Origin: Selaginella moellendorffii
Taxonomy: Eukaryota; Plantae; Lycopodiophyta
DNA length: 64,000 nt
Assembly: GCF_000143415.4 (NCBI RefSeq)
Contig: NW_003314268.1
Coordinates: 3,666,559 to 3,730,558, forward strand
Direction of reading: 5' to 3'
Shown piece after piece: positions 23,569 to 38,800 of this stretch. The notes beneath the pieces were generated by a model, which saw nothing but the letters and a program-made list of their open reading frames with translations, ran no database searches and was not told the DNA's origin. The position numbers and the translations under genes are program-made. Within the stretch, counting starts at the first letter, position 1; each line of letters begins with the position of its first letter.

Positions 23569-24266
23569 TCTTACCTCTCTCGCCGAGATCTTATTTTTTT
23601 CGTGATCTTGTCAATCAGGGACGTGCCTGTATTGATGCGAGCGCTGGGATTCAATCCCACCGAGAGGCACATCGAGTATGTCATCTTCCGGGTGAGAACA
23701 AGATCGAGGAGATTTCAATGTGCTATTTTCCCGATTTTGAGAATTAAGTTTGGATCGTCCACAGGCAAGAGAGGAGGAAGATCCGAAGCAATGCACCAAG
23801 GGCTTCCTTGACATGGACAATGTCCAAAGCAAGATCGCCGAGCTCTTCCACGAGGATCCAACGATCGGTTATCGGCACAGTGAGAAAGAATTGATTGCAG
23901 CATTGCAGGTAAACCTGGAATTCTCTTTGTTTTTTTCTCTCTCTTTTTTTTTCACACTTGCTTTTGCTGTAGGCTCTGTGTCCTCCCGGACAGGATTATA
24001 TTGAACCAGACGATCTCTACGTACGTGAGAAGTTTAAACAAAAATCTCATGTCTTCTCTTTCTTTCAGGATGCAATGACCAAACATGGAATCTGCTTCAC
24101 TCACGACGAGGTCGAGATGATGATCAGAGTTAGCAAAGACAAGGACACACACAAGGTGTGGCACGAAGACTATGCCTTTCTTGCGGCAAACGACTCGGTT
24201 CCGAAACCTCCAAACATTGTGGCGACTGAGCTTCCTCCGGACATCCCCCACCCCGAGGCCAAGTAA
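23289..24266 (+). CDS. EF-hand calmodulin-like protein, dynein regulatory complex DRC8/EFCAB2-like, with Pro-rich N-terminus
   Basis: LYRAFNLV...RDVPVLMRALGFNPTE...EEEDP..TKGFL...SEKELIAALQAL...TGYIEPDDL..AMTKHG..FT.DEVEMMI...D.DT..V.HEDY follows the DRC8/EFCAB2 pattern. Five exons. Confidence 0.7.
23487..23563. repeat. (CT)n microsatellite in intron 1 of the EF-hand gene
   Basis: Long ctctct tract, broken once by a G near its start. Confidence 0.95.
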
Positions 24267-24278
24267 CTGATGGAGCAG

Positions 24279-27519
<3,241 letters not shown>

Positions 27520-27720
27520 TGCGAGGAGACAATCTTAGGGCGACTTCGCTATATAACACAGCGGTGATTCCAAAGTCGTTCGTCCCTAAAATCTTTTAAC
27601 TCAAGAGCTCTGCTTGCTACTAAAGTCTGGAACTTGGTTCTTCAGATCTTGCGCCATTCAACAGTGATCATCAATCATAGAAAGAAAAAAGTCGAAGGTT
27701 GGTGGAAAAGATATAGAATC

Positions 27721-27803
27721 TGTCAGGAATGGGATTCGAACCCATGCCCTTTTACGGACTAGTACCTGAAACTAGCGCCTTAGACCAGCTCGGCCATCCT
27801 GAC
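27721..27803 (-). tRNA. tRNA-Leu (CAG)
   Basis: Reverse complement GTCAGGATGGCCGAGCTGGTCTAAGGCGCTAGTTTCAGGTACTAGTCCGTAAAAGGGCATGGGTTCGAATCCCATTCCTGACA; anticodon CAG, long variable arm. Confidence 0.96.
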
Positions 27804-27897
27804 ATTATGCTTATTTTATGCTCAAGGCGCTTATTCTTTTCTATCTTAGAAATTTTGTAAAGAGACCGTGGAGCCCTAATTTTCCTCTCTCACAACA

Positions 27898-28945
27898 ATG
27901 TCGGCGGAGCTCCTTGGCAGGAAGCTTATCGATTGTGGCACCAAGATCGTCGCGGTGGGGAGGAATTACGCAGCGCACGCAAAGGAGCTGGGGAGCGCCA
28001 TTCCAAAGGTTCGATTTTGATCTGAGAGAGCTTTGATCGTCACATTTACTTGATCATCGGCAGGAGCCAGTGCTCTTCCTCAAGCCAACGTCTTCGTACG
28101 TCCGCGAGCCCGATCCGATCGAAATTCCAAAGCCTATCACGGAGGTGGATTATGAGGCAGAGATTGGTGTCGTGATTGGAAGGCGAGCGAAGGATGTGTT
28201 TGAGGAGGAGGCCTGGAATTACGTGAGAGGTTAATAGAAAGCTCATGTCTCTGGATTTTTTTTCGTAACTTCAGATGGATCACAGGCTATGTTTTGGCAT
28301 TGGATATGACTGCGAGAAGCCTTCAAAACGTTGCAAAGGTACATTTTGAATGAGTTTCAATCGCGACTTTGCGAATTCGATCTCAGGAAAAAAGTTTGCC
28401 ATGGACAGTTTCAAAAGGCTACGACACTTTCACGCCGATAAGTAAATTCGTGAGTCGCTAAAAGCTCGCTCAGTTTTCTTGACGCTGTTTACTTCCTTCT
28501 TAGTTCCAACTGAAGAAAACGCCCATTCCACCGCTCTCATTTTGGCTCAAGGTAAGCTTGGAAACATTTTTTTCCTGTTTGTAACTCGGACTCTTCCACC
28601 AGGTGGATGACCAGACGAAGCAAAAGGGGTGCACAAGTGATATGATCTTCAGCATCCCTTTTCTCATCCATTACATAAGCGGCATCATGACTCTCAACGA
28701 AGGCGATATGATCCTTACTGGTACAAGTGGTCGCTCTCTCGAAACTTTCAAGCTTTGTAATCGCCCTTTGCGTGACAGGAACTCCCCATGGCGTTGGACC
28801 CGTTAAAGCTGGCCAAACAATCACCGCTGGCATTGCGTCTCCAGCGGTTCAAATGACGTTCCCAGTGATAACTAGGCCGGACCCGGAACGCACAAAGTCT
28901 CCATTCCTCTCGGAATCTCTGGATGGAACCGATGTTCCGCAATGA
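27898..28945 (+). CDS. FAHD1: fumarylacetoacetate hydrolase domain protein (FAHD1-like acylpyruvase/oxaloacetate decarboxylase)
   Basis: GTKIVAVGRNYAAHAKELG; EPVLFLKPTSS; YEAEIGVVIG; LALDMTAR; LPWTVSKGYDTFTP; TSDMIFSIP; TLNEGDMILTGTPHGVGP. Confidence 0.92.
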
Positions 28946-28979
28946 TCCAAGGCTCCAATCTACCGGAACTTTACGTAAG

Positions 28980-30617
28980 TTACTTGCTTGGCTCTTTTAC
29001 TGTGATTTTCAACTTTCTTTCCGTGAGGCAGAGGTTCGAGAGCAATAGATAAGGTGTGGCATCCCAGGCTCTCGTCCGGAACGCGTTTTTGGCTGCTCGG
29101 ACCCCGAGCACGGACTCGTCGTGGATCTTGCAAGAACTAAGCAGTGCCGCCCATGAAACAGAATCAGGCCTGAAAGGCATACTTTGCAGCAGCCATTCGG
29201 CACTTCTCACGTCTCCGGCTCGTCCAAGGATGCTGATCATGCAAGAGTAGTGCTCCTGCCGGGGCTCCAAGCCGTGCCCCTGGATCATCATCTGGAAGAT
29301 CTGGATGCCCTCGAGCAGCACTCCCTTGTAGCTGCAAGCCACCAGTGTGCCCATGAAGGAGATCTCGTCGGGTTCCACGCCTTCCATCTCTAAGAGCCGG
29401 AAGAGCTCCACTCCTCGAGCGCAGTGGATGGAATCTCCGTAGGCCTGGATCATGGTGTTCCAGGAAACCAAGTTTCGTTCCGGCATTGTGTCGAAAGTGA
29501 AGACCGCTGTGGCGAGGAGGCCATTTTGAGCGTAGACGAAAACGATTGCGGTCCATGCAACCACGTCTTTCTCGGGCATTCCATCGAATATACGCTTTGC
29601 GGAGGAGAGATGCCTGTTCTGGGCATATGCTGTCACCATACTACTCCAGGAGATAACGTCGCGCACAGGCATGGTGTCAAACACTGTTTTAGCCTCTTCC
29701 AAATCTCCGGAAGCCACAAAAGCATGGAGCATTGCATTCCAGGAGACGTCGTCTTGCTCGGGCATGGAGTGGAATATCCTCTTCGCGGATGCTAGATGCC
29801 CTTCCAGGGCATATGCTTGGAGCATGACTGTCCACGTGGCTATGTCCCTGTAAGGCATTCGGCCAAACAGAGATTCGCATTCGTTGAGCTGGCGGTGCTG
29901 GGAATATGTTCTAAGCATTGCGTTACACAGGAACGTGTCCGGACACAAAACACTGTGAAAGATTCTTTTGGCTGATGCCAGATCCCCGGCTTGAGAATAT
30001 GCCAGGATCATGCAGTGGAGGGTGAGTGCGTTGGGCTCTCGCATTTTCTCAAAGAGTTTCCCTGCCTGATCAAGATGCCCATGACCTACATAAGCTTGAA
30101 TCATGGCAGTCCAGGTTACCACGTTCCGCTGGGGCATTTTGTCGAAAAGATTCCGCGCGAGTTTGAGATACCCTGCTTGGGCATATGCTTGCAGCATCGC
30201 GTTCCACGCGACATTGTTTTTCTTTGGCATTTGATCGAACAATTCCTTTGCCATGTGAAGATCCCCGGCGTGGGAATATGCTGTCAGCATTGCCGTCCAT
30301 GAGACGACGTCCCTCTCGGGCATTGCATCGAAGATCCTCTTGGAGTCTTGCAGATGCCCTCTTTGGGCATATGCCGTGAGGAGGATATTCCAGGAGAAGC
30401 CGTTAGGGTGGTCGATGGATTCGAACACGCGACGTGCCTCCTCGAGGCTCCCGCAAGCGCCATACATTTGGATCATACGGTTGTGAAGGTATTTGCTCCT
30501 GCTGTGGAGTTTGCTTCCCAGAATTTGCGCGTGGACTTCTCGAGCTCGCGACAGATCTCTCGAGACAGTGGCGGATTTGATCAGCGATTCTAGACAAGAC
30601 TCGGTCTCGATTCCCAT
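28980..30617 (-). CDS. PLS-class pentatricopeptide repeat protein with E-like C-terminus, no DYW
   Basis: Intronless 545 aa; tandem ~31-aa repeats (FDxMPERDVVSWTAMLTAY), L.ACS..G, HYSCMISILGRAG, MPF.PD.VSW.ALL..CKIH. Confidence 0.93.
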   Translation of the reverse strand: MGIETESCLESLIKSATVSRDLSRAREVHAQILGSKLHSRSKYLHNRMIQMYGACGSLEEARRVFESIDHPNGFSWNILLTAYAQRGHLQDSKRIFDAMPERDVVSWTAMLTAYSHAGDLHMAKELFDQMPKKNNVAWNAMLQAYAQAGYLKLARNLFDKMPQRNVVTWTAMIQAYVGHGHLDQAGKLFEKMREPNALTLHCMILAYSQAGDLASAKRIFHSVLCPDTFLCNAMLRTYSQHRQLNECESLFGRMPYRDIATWTVMLQAYALEGHLASAKRIFHSMPEQDDVSWNAMLHAFVASGDLEEAKTVFDTMPVRDVISWSSMVTAYAQNRHLSSAKRIFDGMPEKDVVAWTAIVFVYAQNGLLATAVFTFDTMPERNLVSWNTMIQAYGDSIHCARGVELFRLLEMEGVEPDEISFMGTLVACSYKGVLLEGIQIFQMMIQGHGLEPRQEHYSCMISILGRAGDVRSAEWLLQSMPFRPDSVSWAALLSSCKIHDESVLGVRAAKNAFRTRAWDATPYLLLSNLCLTERKLKITVKEPSK

Positions 30618-31120
30618 AAGACCATGAGAGAAAAAATCTTCCTAATTCTATGCTTAAAATTTCCATCATTGGATCTTTCTTTTTCCTTGACAAGCAAAAT
30701 TTATAAAATGCCCAGCGTGGAATCGCTGGGTAACAACGCAAACGTATGTCACGTTGCAGTCATGATGGGAGGGTTGGGGCCACACGGATTCGAACCGATG
30801 AAGCGCATTTCAAACCCTTCCAACGGCTGCATTTTGCGCCGGGTACACGTGGCCGGCTGGATGTTACGCGCCGACGAATATTCCCCCGTCGTCGCAGTTT
30901 TCGCCGAGGAGATTCCGGCTCAGACAGTGTAAGGTGGGGAGGAATGACGATGGCGGGCTTCTTCTTGAGCCCTAGGATTCCAGGGCATGCGTCTGTGGGA
31001 GAGGAGCAAGGAGGAGCGTTGCTGGATCGCTGCGATTCGTCGCGATCTCTGTGAGGTATTGTGATAATCAAGCTCCGGCGCCTCGAAATCGGCGATCGAT
31101 CGGCGGATCGCGAGCCCGGA

Positions 31121-33461
31121 ATGGCGGCATTGACACCGGGCGTGCTGATCAAGCTCTTGCAATCCATCGAGTCGGATGTGAAGCTGGGCGGGCAGTATCG
31201 TTCGGTTTTGCTCCAGGTCGTGGGGATCGTCCCGGCGCTGGCGGGCAGTGATCTGTGGCACAACCAGGGGTTTTACATCAAAGTCTCGGATTCCTCGCAT
31301 GCGACCTACGTGTCTCTCGCCGAGGAGGACGACGATCTCATACTGAGCGATCGTCTCCAGCTGGGGCAGTTCATTCACGTCGATAAGCTCGAGCACGCAT
31401 TGCCAGTTCCGGTTCTTCGTGGTGTGAGACCGCTCCCTGGCCGACACAAGTGCGTGGGTGATCCGGAGGACCTCGTCATGTCATCCTCGGGAGGAAGAAA
31501 TCCTCCCCACTTCCAGTCCTTCCTCCAAGAGAAGGATTTCCCGAGCAAGTCCGACTCTTCGTCATCGAGCAGTGGAAGCGGAGGAGGATACTCTTCCGGT
31601 CACAAGGTGGCGAGAGGGTATAACCGGTCGTCCGCGGAGACCTTTGCTGCCAAGCTTGCGGAGCGTCTCTCACAAAAGCCTCTCGAGCCTGATTCGTGCG
31701 AGGAGATAGACGAAGAGAGACAGGCGAAGCATGAGGAACAAAGGGGCCGTTCGAAGGGAAGAATTGTCAAGTCGAGGGTGTTTGACTCCATTCCAAGCCC
31801 GAGGACTGGCGCTCGTTCTATGTCTACTTCGCCAATGCGACGCCATTCCGCGACTGATAAGGAGTCGCCTAGACCACGGAGACGTGCTTCCGACGTTCCC
31901 GTTTTGACATCTCCTCGGACCAGGCAGCCGTCCCCTGTGAGCAAGAGATCATCGAGCACAAGCAAGGTTCATAAAGTTGACAGCAACAAGAGGAAGTCAC
32001 TCGGCGGCGGTGGAGTGAAGTTGAGCGATCTGGTTGCTGCTGGTTCCAGGACACTGCGCAAAAGCTGGGAGGGTGCATTTGCTCAGAAGGAGGCCAGAAC
32101 TGCAACGGTGAAGCAATCAAAACCTGACTTGAAGGTAAGCTCTTTGGATTTTTGCGGGTCTTCATTGAAGTGTGGCACTTTCAACAGATTTCCATTCCAA
32201 TTATTTCTAGTAGCAGAAACCAGGACAAGGGATTGCTGTCGCCGCAGGGGGATTCTCTTAAGCCTCCCATGAAGGTACAAATTAGCGCCAAAACTGCGAC
32301 GACTTTTCCTCCCGATGGGGCTAGCGTGTCTTGGGACGATCTACCGGTTAGCTTGGCTAACTTTGCAAAGGTGAGCAGCTCTCAAGGTTCTTGACTGCAT
32401 GTAACTGTTGTTTTTAAGGATGCAATGCAAAGGAGAAATGCGGCGTCGTTGGCAGCGGTAGCAGCTCTTCAAGAAGCATCGGCGGCGGAAGCAGTCATAC
32501 GTAGTTTGAAGTAAGCGCAAACATTTTTTCTCTCCTTACACCTCCTTTATTTCTTTTTGGCAGTATGTTTGTAGAGATACGTCATCTTTCCAGACCGGAG
32601 AGACCTCAACCAACCGTAGAGAAGTTTCTGAACTTCCACAGATCACTTGAGCAGGCTTCTGCCGTCGCAGAAGCGCTACTCGTGAATCAGCAAGCTGTCT
32701 CCACTCCAGAGAAGCAGTCAGGAGGGAAGATAAACTTTTCAAATGCTTTGTTCGAGGAGAAGGCAAAGAATGCGAAGAACTGGGTGGAGTCAGCATTGGC
32801 ATGTGACTTATCGGCGTTCTCAATGCACTGCAAAGGCCAGGCCAGCAAGCTGACGGCCAAAGATATGGTGCATCCGGTTATTGTCGTGGAAGGAAACTCG
32901 GTTAAGCCCCGCGTCCTGTCTTCGTCGGTCACTCCAGTGAAGCAGCCTGCGACTTTGGCCGCGTCACCTCGAAGAGCGCTATCCTCAGTCACCCCGACAG
33001 CCAACGAGAAGAAAGACAATTCAAGGACCGCGTCTCCGTTGAAGGCTACGTCGGCATTTGTCCGCAGGAATCTCACCGGGGGTGTGAAAGGAAAAACTTC
33101 CAGTGTTGGAGAGACGGTTTGGAACAAGGGGGACGGAGTGAAGGAGACGGCTGACTTGGCCAAGATGACCCGGTTCGAATCGCAGTGCTGGTTCCTCAAG
33201 TTCATGGAGGAGGCACTGGACAAAGGCTTCCGCTCGGAGATAAAGCAGGAGCTGGAGAACAGCCAGTTAGCAGCGATATTGTCACAGCTCAAAAGGGTCA
33301 ACGACTGGCTGGATCAGGTTGCATCGGAGAAAGAAGACGTCCCGGATCTACATCTTGTAGAGACGCTGGCCAGATTGAAGCGGAAGATCTACGAGTTTTT
33401 GATCAAGCACGTTGAGTCTGCTGCTTGTGCACTGGGCAGCAGGAGCAAGGCCAGCTCCTAG
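31121..33461 (+). CDS. DUF936 / CORD-family microtubule-associated protein
   Basis: [14 protein letters not shown]...[40 protein letters not shown]...[14 protein letters not shown]; LRKSWEG; [15 protein letters not shown]; [11 protein letters not shown]; [13 protein letters not shown]; [10 protein letters not shown]. Confidence 0.93.
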
Positions 33462-33563
33462 TTGAGCAAAACAGATTTTATCAAAGTTTTCTTTTCTGTT
33501 TCCAAGTTTTTTACCGAGTTTTTGTTGCTGATAGCGATTTTGTTTGTAAGGTTGTCCGGTGCT

Positions 33564-35156
33564 ATGGCTTTCAGCCTGTGCAACCGGCTTCCTTGTGCTG
33601 ACGGGGTGAGGTGGTATTGCAGGAGAGATGATCACAGCTCAACCAGGCCTGTGCGAATTGCCTCTGCTATTGCTGGTTCCGTGACGAACAGTGTCGAGCA
33701 ACAAGGAAGAGGGTATGTTTCGCGTCTTTCCTATTCTGTTATAGTGATCGTTTCTCGTTTTCCAGCTTCCGGTTTCAGCTTTCAATTGGTGCTAAAGTCA
33801 TTCCTCATCCTGACAAGGCAAGCGTTCCTTCTTGTTGGCTTTCTCTAAGTTTTCAGTACATTCAAAACAGGTGGAGAAAGGAGGAGAGGATGCATTTTTC
33901 ATCAGTGACTTCGATGGTGGTGTGTTCGGTATCGCAGATGGTGTTTCTGGGTGAGTAAAAATTTCCATGTACGCTTTCTTACTTTATCACTATGTGATAG
34001 ATGGGCCGAGGAGAATGTCGACCCTGCATTATTTTCGAAAGAGCTGGTCAATCACTTGGCAGAAAGTGTAACTTCGGAAGAGGTATTGCGTAAGGGATGT
34101 TTTTTCCTTTTAAGTAATCGTTGGAATAGGTTCCAGGCGACCCAAAGGTGCTCCTTGGCAAAGCACACGCCGCAACGTCGTCAAAGGGAGCTGCTACAGC
34201 GTAAGTAACTGGTTTATAAAAAATTACTTGCTTCAACTTGTAGCTCCAAAGCATGCAGCATTGTAGCTACTCTGTTAGGAGCAGAAGGCCTCCTGAGAGT
34301 TGCGAGCGTTGGGGATTGTGGCCTGAGACTTGTGCGTGATGGTAATGCTCGCCGGTTTAGTTTTCTAGAAATGAAATCCCTGGCTTCTTTTCTGCAGGAA
34401 AGGTAGTGTTCGCAACCTCTCCTCAACAGCACTACTTCGATTGCCCGTACCAGTTCTCGTCCGAAGTTGGAGGCCAAACGGCCGAAGATTCTGCGGTAAA
34501 TTATTTTCTGCAATCCCAGCAAGCTCACTCTTCGTATTTTCAGGTCCATGAAATAACAATCGTGGCCGGGGACGTTGTTGTGATGGGATCTGATGGTCTC
34601 TTTGATAATGTTTTCGATCGCGACATAGCGGCAACAGTGACTTTGTTCCAAGTCACGGATGTAGAATCAGCTGAAAGAACGGGTACATTGGTCTTTCTCT
34701 ATTGAGTTCTTAACTTGGTTTCGTGCTTTCAGCGACAGCGCTAGCCACCATGGCGAATAGGAATTCGAGGGATCCCAAGTATGAATCCCCTTACAGCACC
34801 GAGGCTATATATCAGGTTCTAAGTTTCATATGATGGTATTCTCCTCCCAGCTCGTTGTTATGCAGGGCTTTGACGTGCCAATATGGCGCAAGCTTCTCGG
34901 TGAAAAACTTACAGGTCGGAAGTAATCCTTGGAATCATTTATCTGGTTTGTGATCCTAACAGGCTTCTTTGTTTCTTTCTCTTTCGCAGGTGGAAAGCTA
35001 GATGATATAACGGTTCTCGTGGGAGCGGTGGCAGTGACCGAGATTGTAGAGGTGGAGGGCGAAAAGGACGAGCAATCCCAAAGCTCTTTCCAAAAATCGG
35101 AAACTCACGACGGCAGCAGCTCGGAAGAAGCTGTTGTTACAAACGAAGGAATTTAA
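33564..35156 (+). CDS. PTC7-type PP2C phosphatase with transit peptide (PBCP-like photosystem II core phosphatase)
   Basis: IPHPDK|VEKGGEDAFF...GIADGVSGWAEENVDP.LFSKEL; ASVGDCGL; QQHYFDCPYQFSS; GDVVVMGSDGLFDNVFD; GGKLDDITV. Confidence 0.88.
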
Positions 35157-35884
35157 TTCTTCTTGTTTCATATACTACATTTCTTGGCTTTAGCCATGGT
35201 TTGTGCCAATTCCCTTCGTAGCAGAGGTAAGCTCCCAAACTGAGCATATATTCTAATGCGCTTTGGCGCTCCTTTTCCCTTTTCAGCTGACACTGAAAGC
35301 GTTGGTCGCGAGAGAAAGAACCATTTTCAATCTCTTGGGGGTTTTGGTATCTTTTCAAAACAGCTCACTTTTTTTCTCCTTTTTTTTCATGTAACAGAAA
35401 GGGTGCTGCTTGCAATATTTTGAGCTGATAGATATTGTTCTACTCAGTGCTATGATCATAGTTTTGGCTGTTCTTTTTAAACACTCGTACGGCAACTTCT
35501 CACTCGTACGGGTATTGCTGTAAACCCTAAACCCTGCCAAGCCGCCATTGCGAAGACCAGGCTCTCTATGGGGGAGGTGCCGCAGGTGGAGCGCTAGGAT
35601 CACGAAATATGCCGCTGGAGGCGCGGCATTCGTCGTTGCGAGGTCACGGCGCGACGATTGATCCGGCATTGCGATTCTAGGTTTGTGCTCACTGGCGCTG
35701 CTGCTGGAAACCTCTTCCTCTGCGGTGCCCGGAGTTGCTGCTGCCTCAGGTACTGTGATTCTTGCTGCAAACATCTGCTCAAGGTTTTCTTTGCTCGGGC
35801 GATCGAGCGAGAGCAGCGGTAGCAGCGGCGGGGGATTTCAAGGGTGCATGCGTCACAAGGCACGAGAGCTTAAGCCGCGCCGTC

Positions 35885-38800
35885 ATGTGGAGAGCAGCCG
35901 GCGGGCGGCTCAAGCACAGGGGACTTAGAACAGGACGAGCAGACTTCTATCGATGGAACACCACAGCTGCCGGGCCAGAGAGCTTTCACGAGCTCACAGA
36001 TTTGAGCTTGCACATCCACGCTAGCACAGCTTACAGTCAGCTACGCAGCAGCGATAGAAGCCGTCCCTGCAGCTACTCGGCGGCGGCGGCTCCTCTCGAG
36101 CACAGCTTGACAACTTTGGACGCGGCACTGAGCAGTGTGATCCAGCTCCCGCTCTTCAGCAATCCACTGCTTCAAATCCTCCCTCCCGACGGGGAGAGCT
36201 CGTCCAGGACGGTGTTTCGGATCGACCAGAAATGGCCTTTCCAGCTCAAGGCGGTCGCTACCGAGGCGTGTTTCGGAGAGGAGGAGGAGGTCTGTGTTCT
36301 TCCGGAACTGGAAGAGATTCACGACATCTCCCTCGAGAGGTCTTCCAAGTTTGAAGGTGGCAAGGCTCTCAAGGCGGCTAGAGCTAGAGCAAGGCGGCTT
36401 TTCAACAGGCAGCAGAAGCTCGAGCTGGATGCTTGGGATGCTGCGGTGAGGGAGTACAGGAAGATTCTCGTGGAGATGTGCCGGAAGAAGCTAGCGCCGA
36501 ATCTGCCGTTTGCAAAGTCTTTGATGGTCAGCTGGTTTGAGCCGGTTCGCGACGAGATTGCAAAGGAGCTCAAGGCCATCGAGAAGGAGGAGCCTGGTGA
36601 AGACAGGAGTCACTATGGACCACTTTTGAAAGGAGCTGGCCTCACTGCTGATGTTCTTGCGGTGATCACGATGCACAGGCTCGTCGCGCTGATGATGCAA
36701 GACGTTGATAGCGGATGCATTAGACTTGCAAACACTGCTGTTCTTATTGGTGACGCAGTGGAACAAGAGGTATGTCAACTTCGAGTTTTACAATTATAAT
36801 CCTCACGTTTTGTTTTCCTCTAGATCAAAATCCGCAGGGCACTAAAGAAAAGAAAGCCGAAAGAACTTGCCGAGGAGGCGGAGCCTCCTACTCCAGAAGA
36901 AGAGAAGAAAGAGTACTTGAAGGACAAGCTGAGGAGAGCTATCATAGAAAGGCCCAGGAATGTCAAGGAGATATTGAAGTCCTTGGATCCATCACAGCCC
37001 TGGCCGTCGTTTATTCAAGCTAAAGTACGTAAGTTTTCATGTTTTGATTCGTTTTGTTGAAATGAACCTGTGTAACACATGCAGTTGGGATGCCGCCTTA
37101 TCGACATTATGATGTCAAATTCACACATCAATGTTCCAGTAAGTGACTGTCCCGAAGATGGCACCGAGATTCGGCCTGCTTTTAGACATGTACTCAAGGT
37201 ACCAAAGGGAGGGTAAGCGTCATCCACATTTTCTAAAAATCAAACAATTTATTCATATTTCTTTTCCTTCGCATACAGGCTTCTGCGTAGCTACGGAGCA
37301 ATAGTATGCGATCCTCATTTGAGGGGTCGAATCGATGACTCGGTATTTCAGCTGTTGAGTTTTTGTTGCCAGAGCTGATCGTTCTTTTTCCACAGGCCAA
37401 ATTTATAGTTATGCCATACATGCCCATGCTAATTCCTCCTCGAGCTTGGAAAGGGTAAATACGTTTTATTCGCATTCTGTTTCTTCTAAATATTTTACAT
37501 TCTTTAGTTATCACAATGGAGCATACCTGCACCTGCGGTCCGTTATAATGCGGACACACGGTTCTAAACAGCAAAGAGAAGCTGTGCGAAACACACCAAG
37601 AGCACAACTGCAGCAAGTTTTTCGGGTATCTGTGAAGCCTCAAAATATCTTTATTTAACAAACTTTTTCTTAGGCACTCGACACCTTGGGAGCGGCATCC
37701 TGGAAAATTAACAAGGAGGTTTTTGAAGTTATAGAAAAGCTTTGGAGCGCGGGAGGTGGAATAGGTGGCCTTGTGGACCGAAAAGATGTGAGTGATGAAT
37801 ATGTTTTGTCTCATTTATGCGAGCCGTGCGTGATCTTTTAGGTGCCATTGCCACCCAAGCCTAATACCGAGGATGAAGCTGAGATGAGGAGCTGGAGGAA
37901 AGTTTTTTATAAAGGTAAGCGCACAAACAGTGAGCGGAATTCTCAACGGTGCGATCTCGAGCTGAAGCTGGCGGTATGTTTTACTTGTCGCTCTGTTTTG
38001 TTTTTTTTCTCTCTCTCTCTCTGAAAGGTGTTTGCAGGTTGCTCGATCACTGAAGGACGAAGAATGTTTCTATTATCCACATAATTTGGACTTTCGTGGT
38101 CGTGCCTATCCTATGCATGCGCATTTGAACCATTTGGGTTCTGATGTGTGCCGCGGTATGTTACTGTTTGCTAAGGGACGTCCTCTAGGACCGACAGGTC
38201 TACGTTGGCTCAAGATACACATTGCCAATGTCTTCGCTAATGGAGCTGATAAGCTACCCTTCGATGGAAGGGTGGCATTTGCAGAGAGTAACTTGGAACA
38301 CGTTGTAGCTTCTGCAAATCAGCCTTTGAAAAATCGTTGGTGGTTAAAAGCGGAAGATCCATTCCAGTGCTTAGCTGCGTGCATCGACCTGAGAAATGCG
38401 ATGCATTCTCCAAACCCGGAGTACTACATTTCTCATCTTCCAGTTCATCAGGTACTCGAGCATTTCCTAATGACTGATTTCGATTTCGTGTCCTACGTTT
38501 AGGATGGATCTTGCAACGGTCTCCAACACTATGCAGCTCTTGGACGGGACAAAGTAAGTCGCCCATTTTGATACTTGGATATATCGCTTATGATCTGACG
38601 ACTTGCAGACTGGCGCCAGAGCAGTGAACTTAATAGGCGCGGATTATCCTGCAGATGTATATTCAGGCATAGCCGCCCGGTATAGCGTTTGAACAACTGC
38701 AAGATTCTTGGTTACTGATAAGAGTTTTGTTTGATCAGTGTACGTACACTAGTTGAGGAGGACGCACGCAAAGATCCAGCCGCAGTTTATGCCAAATTAT

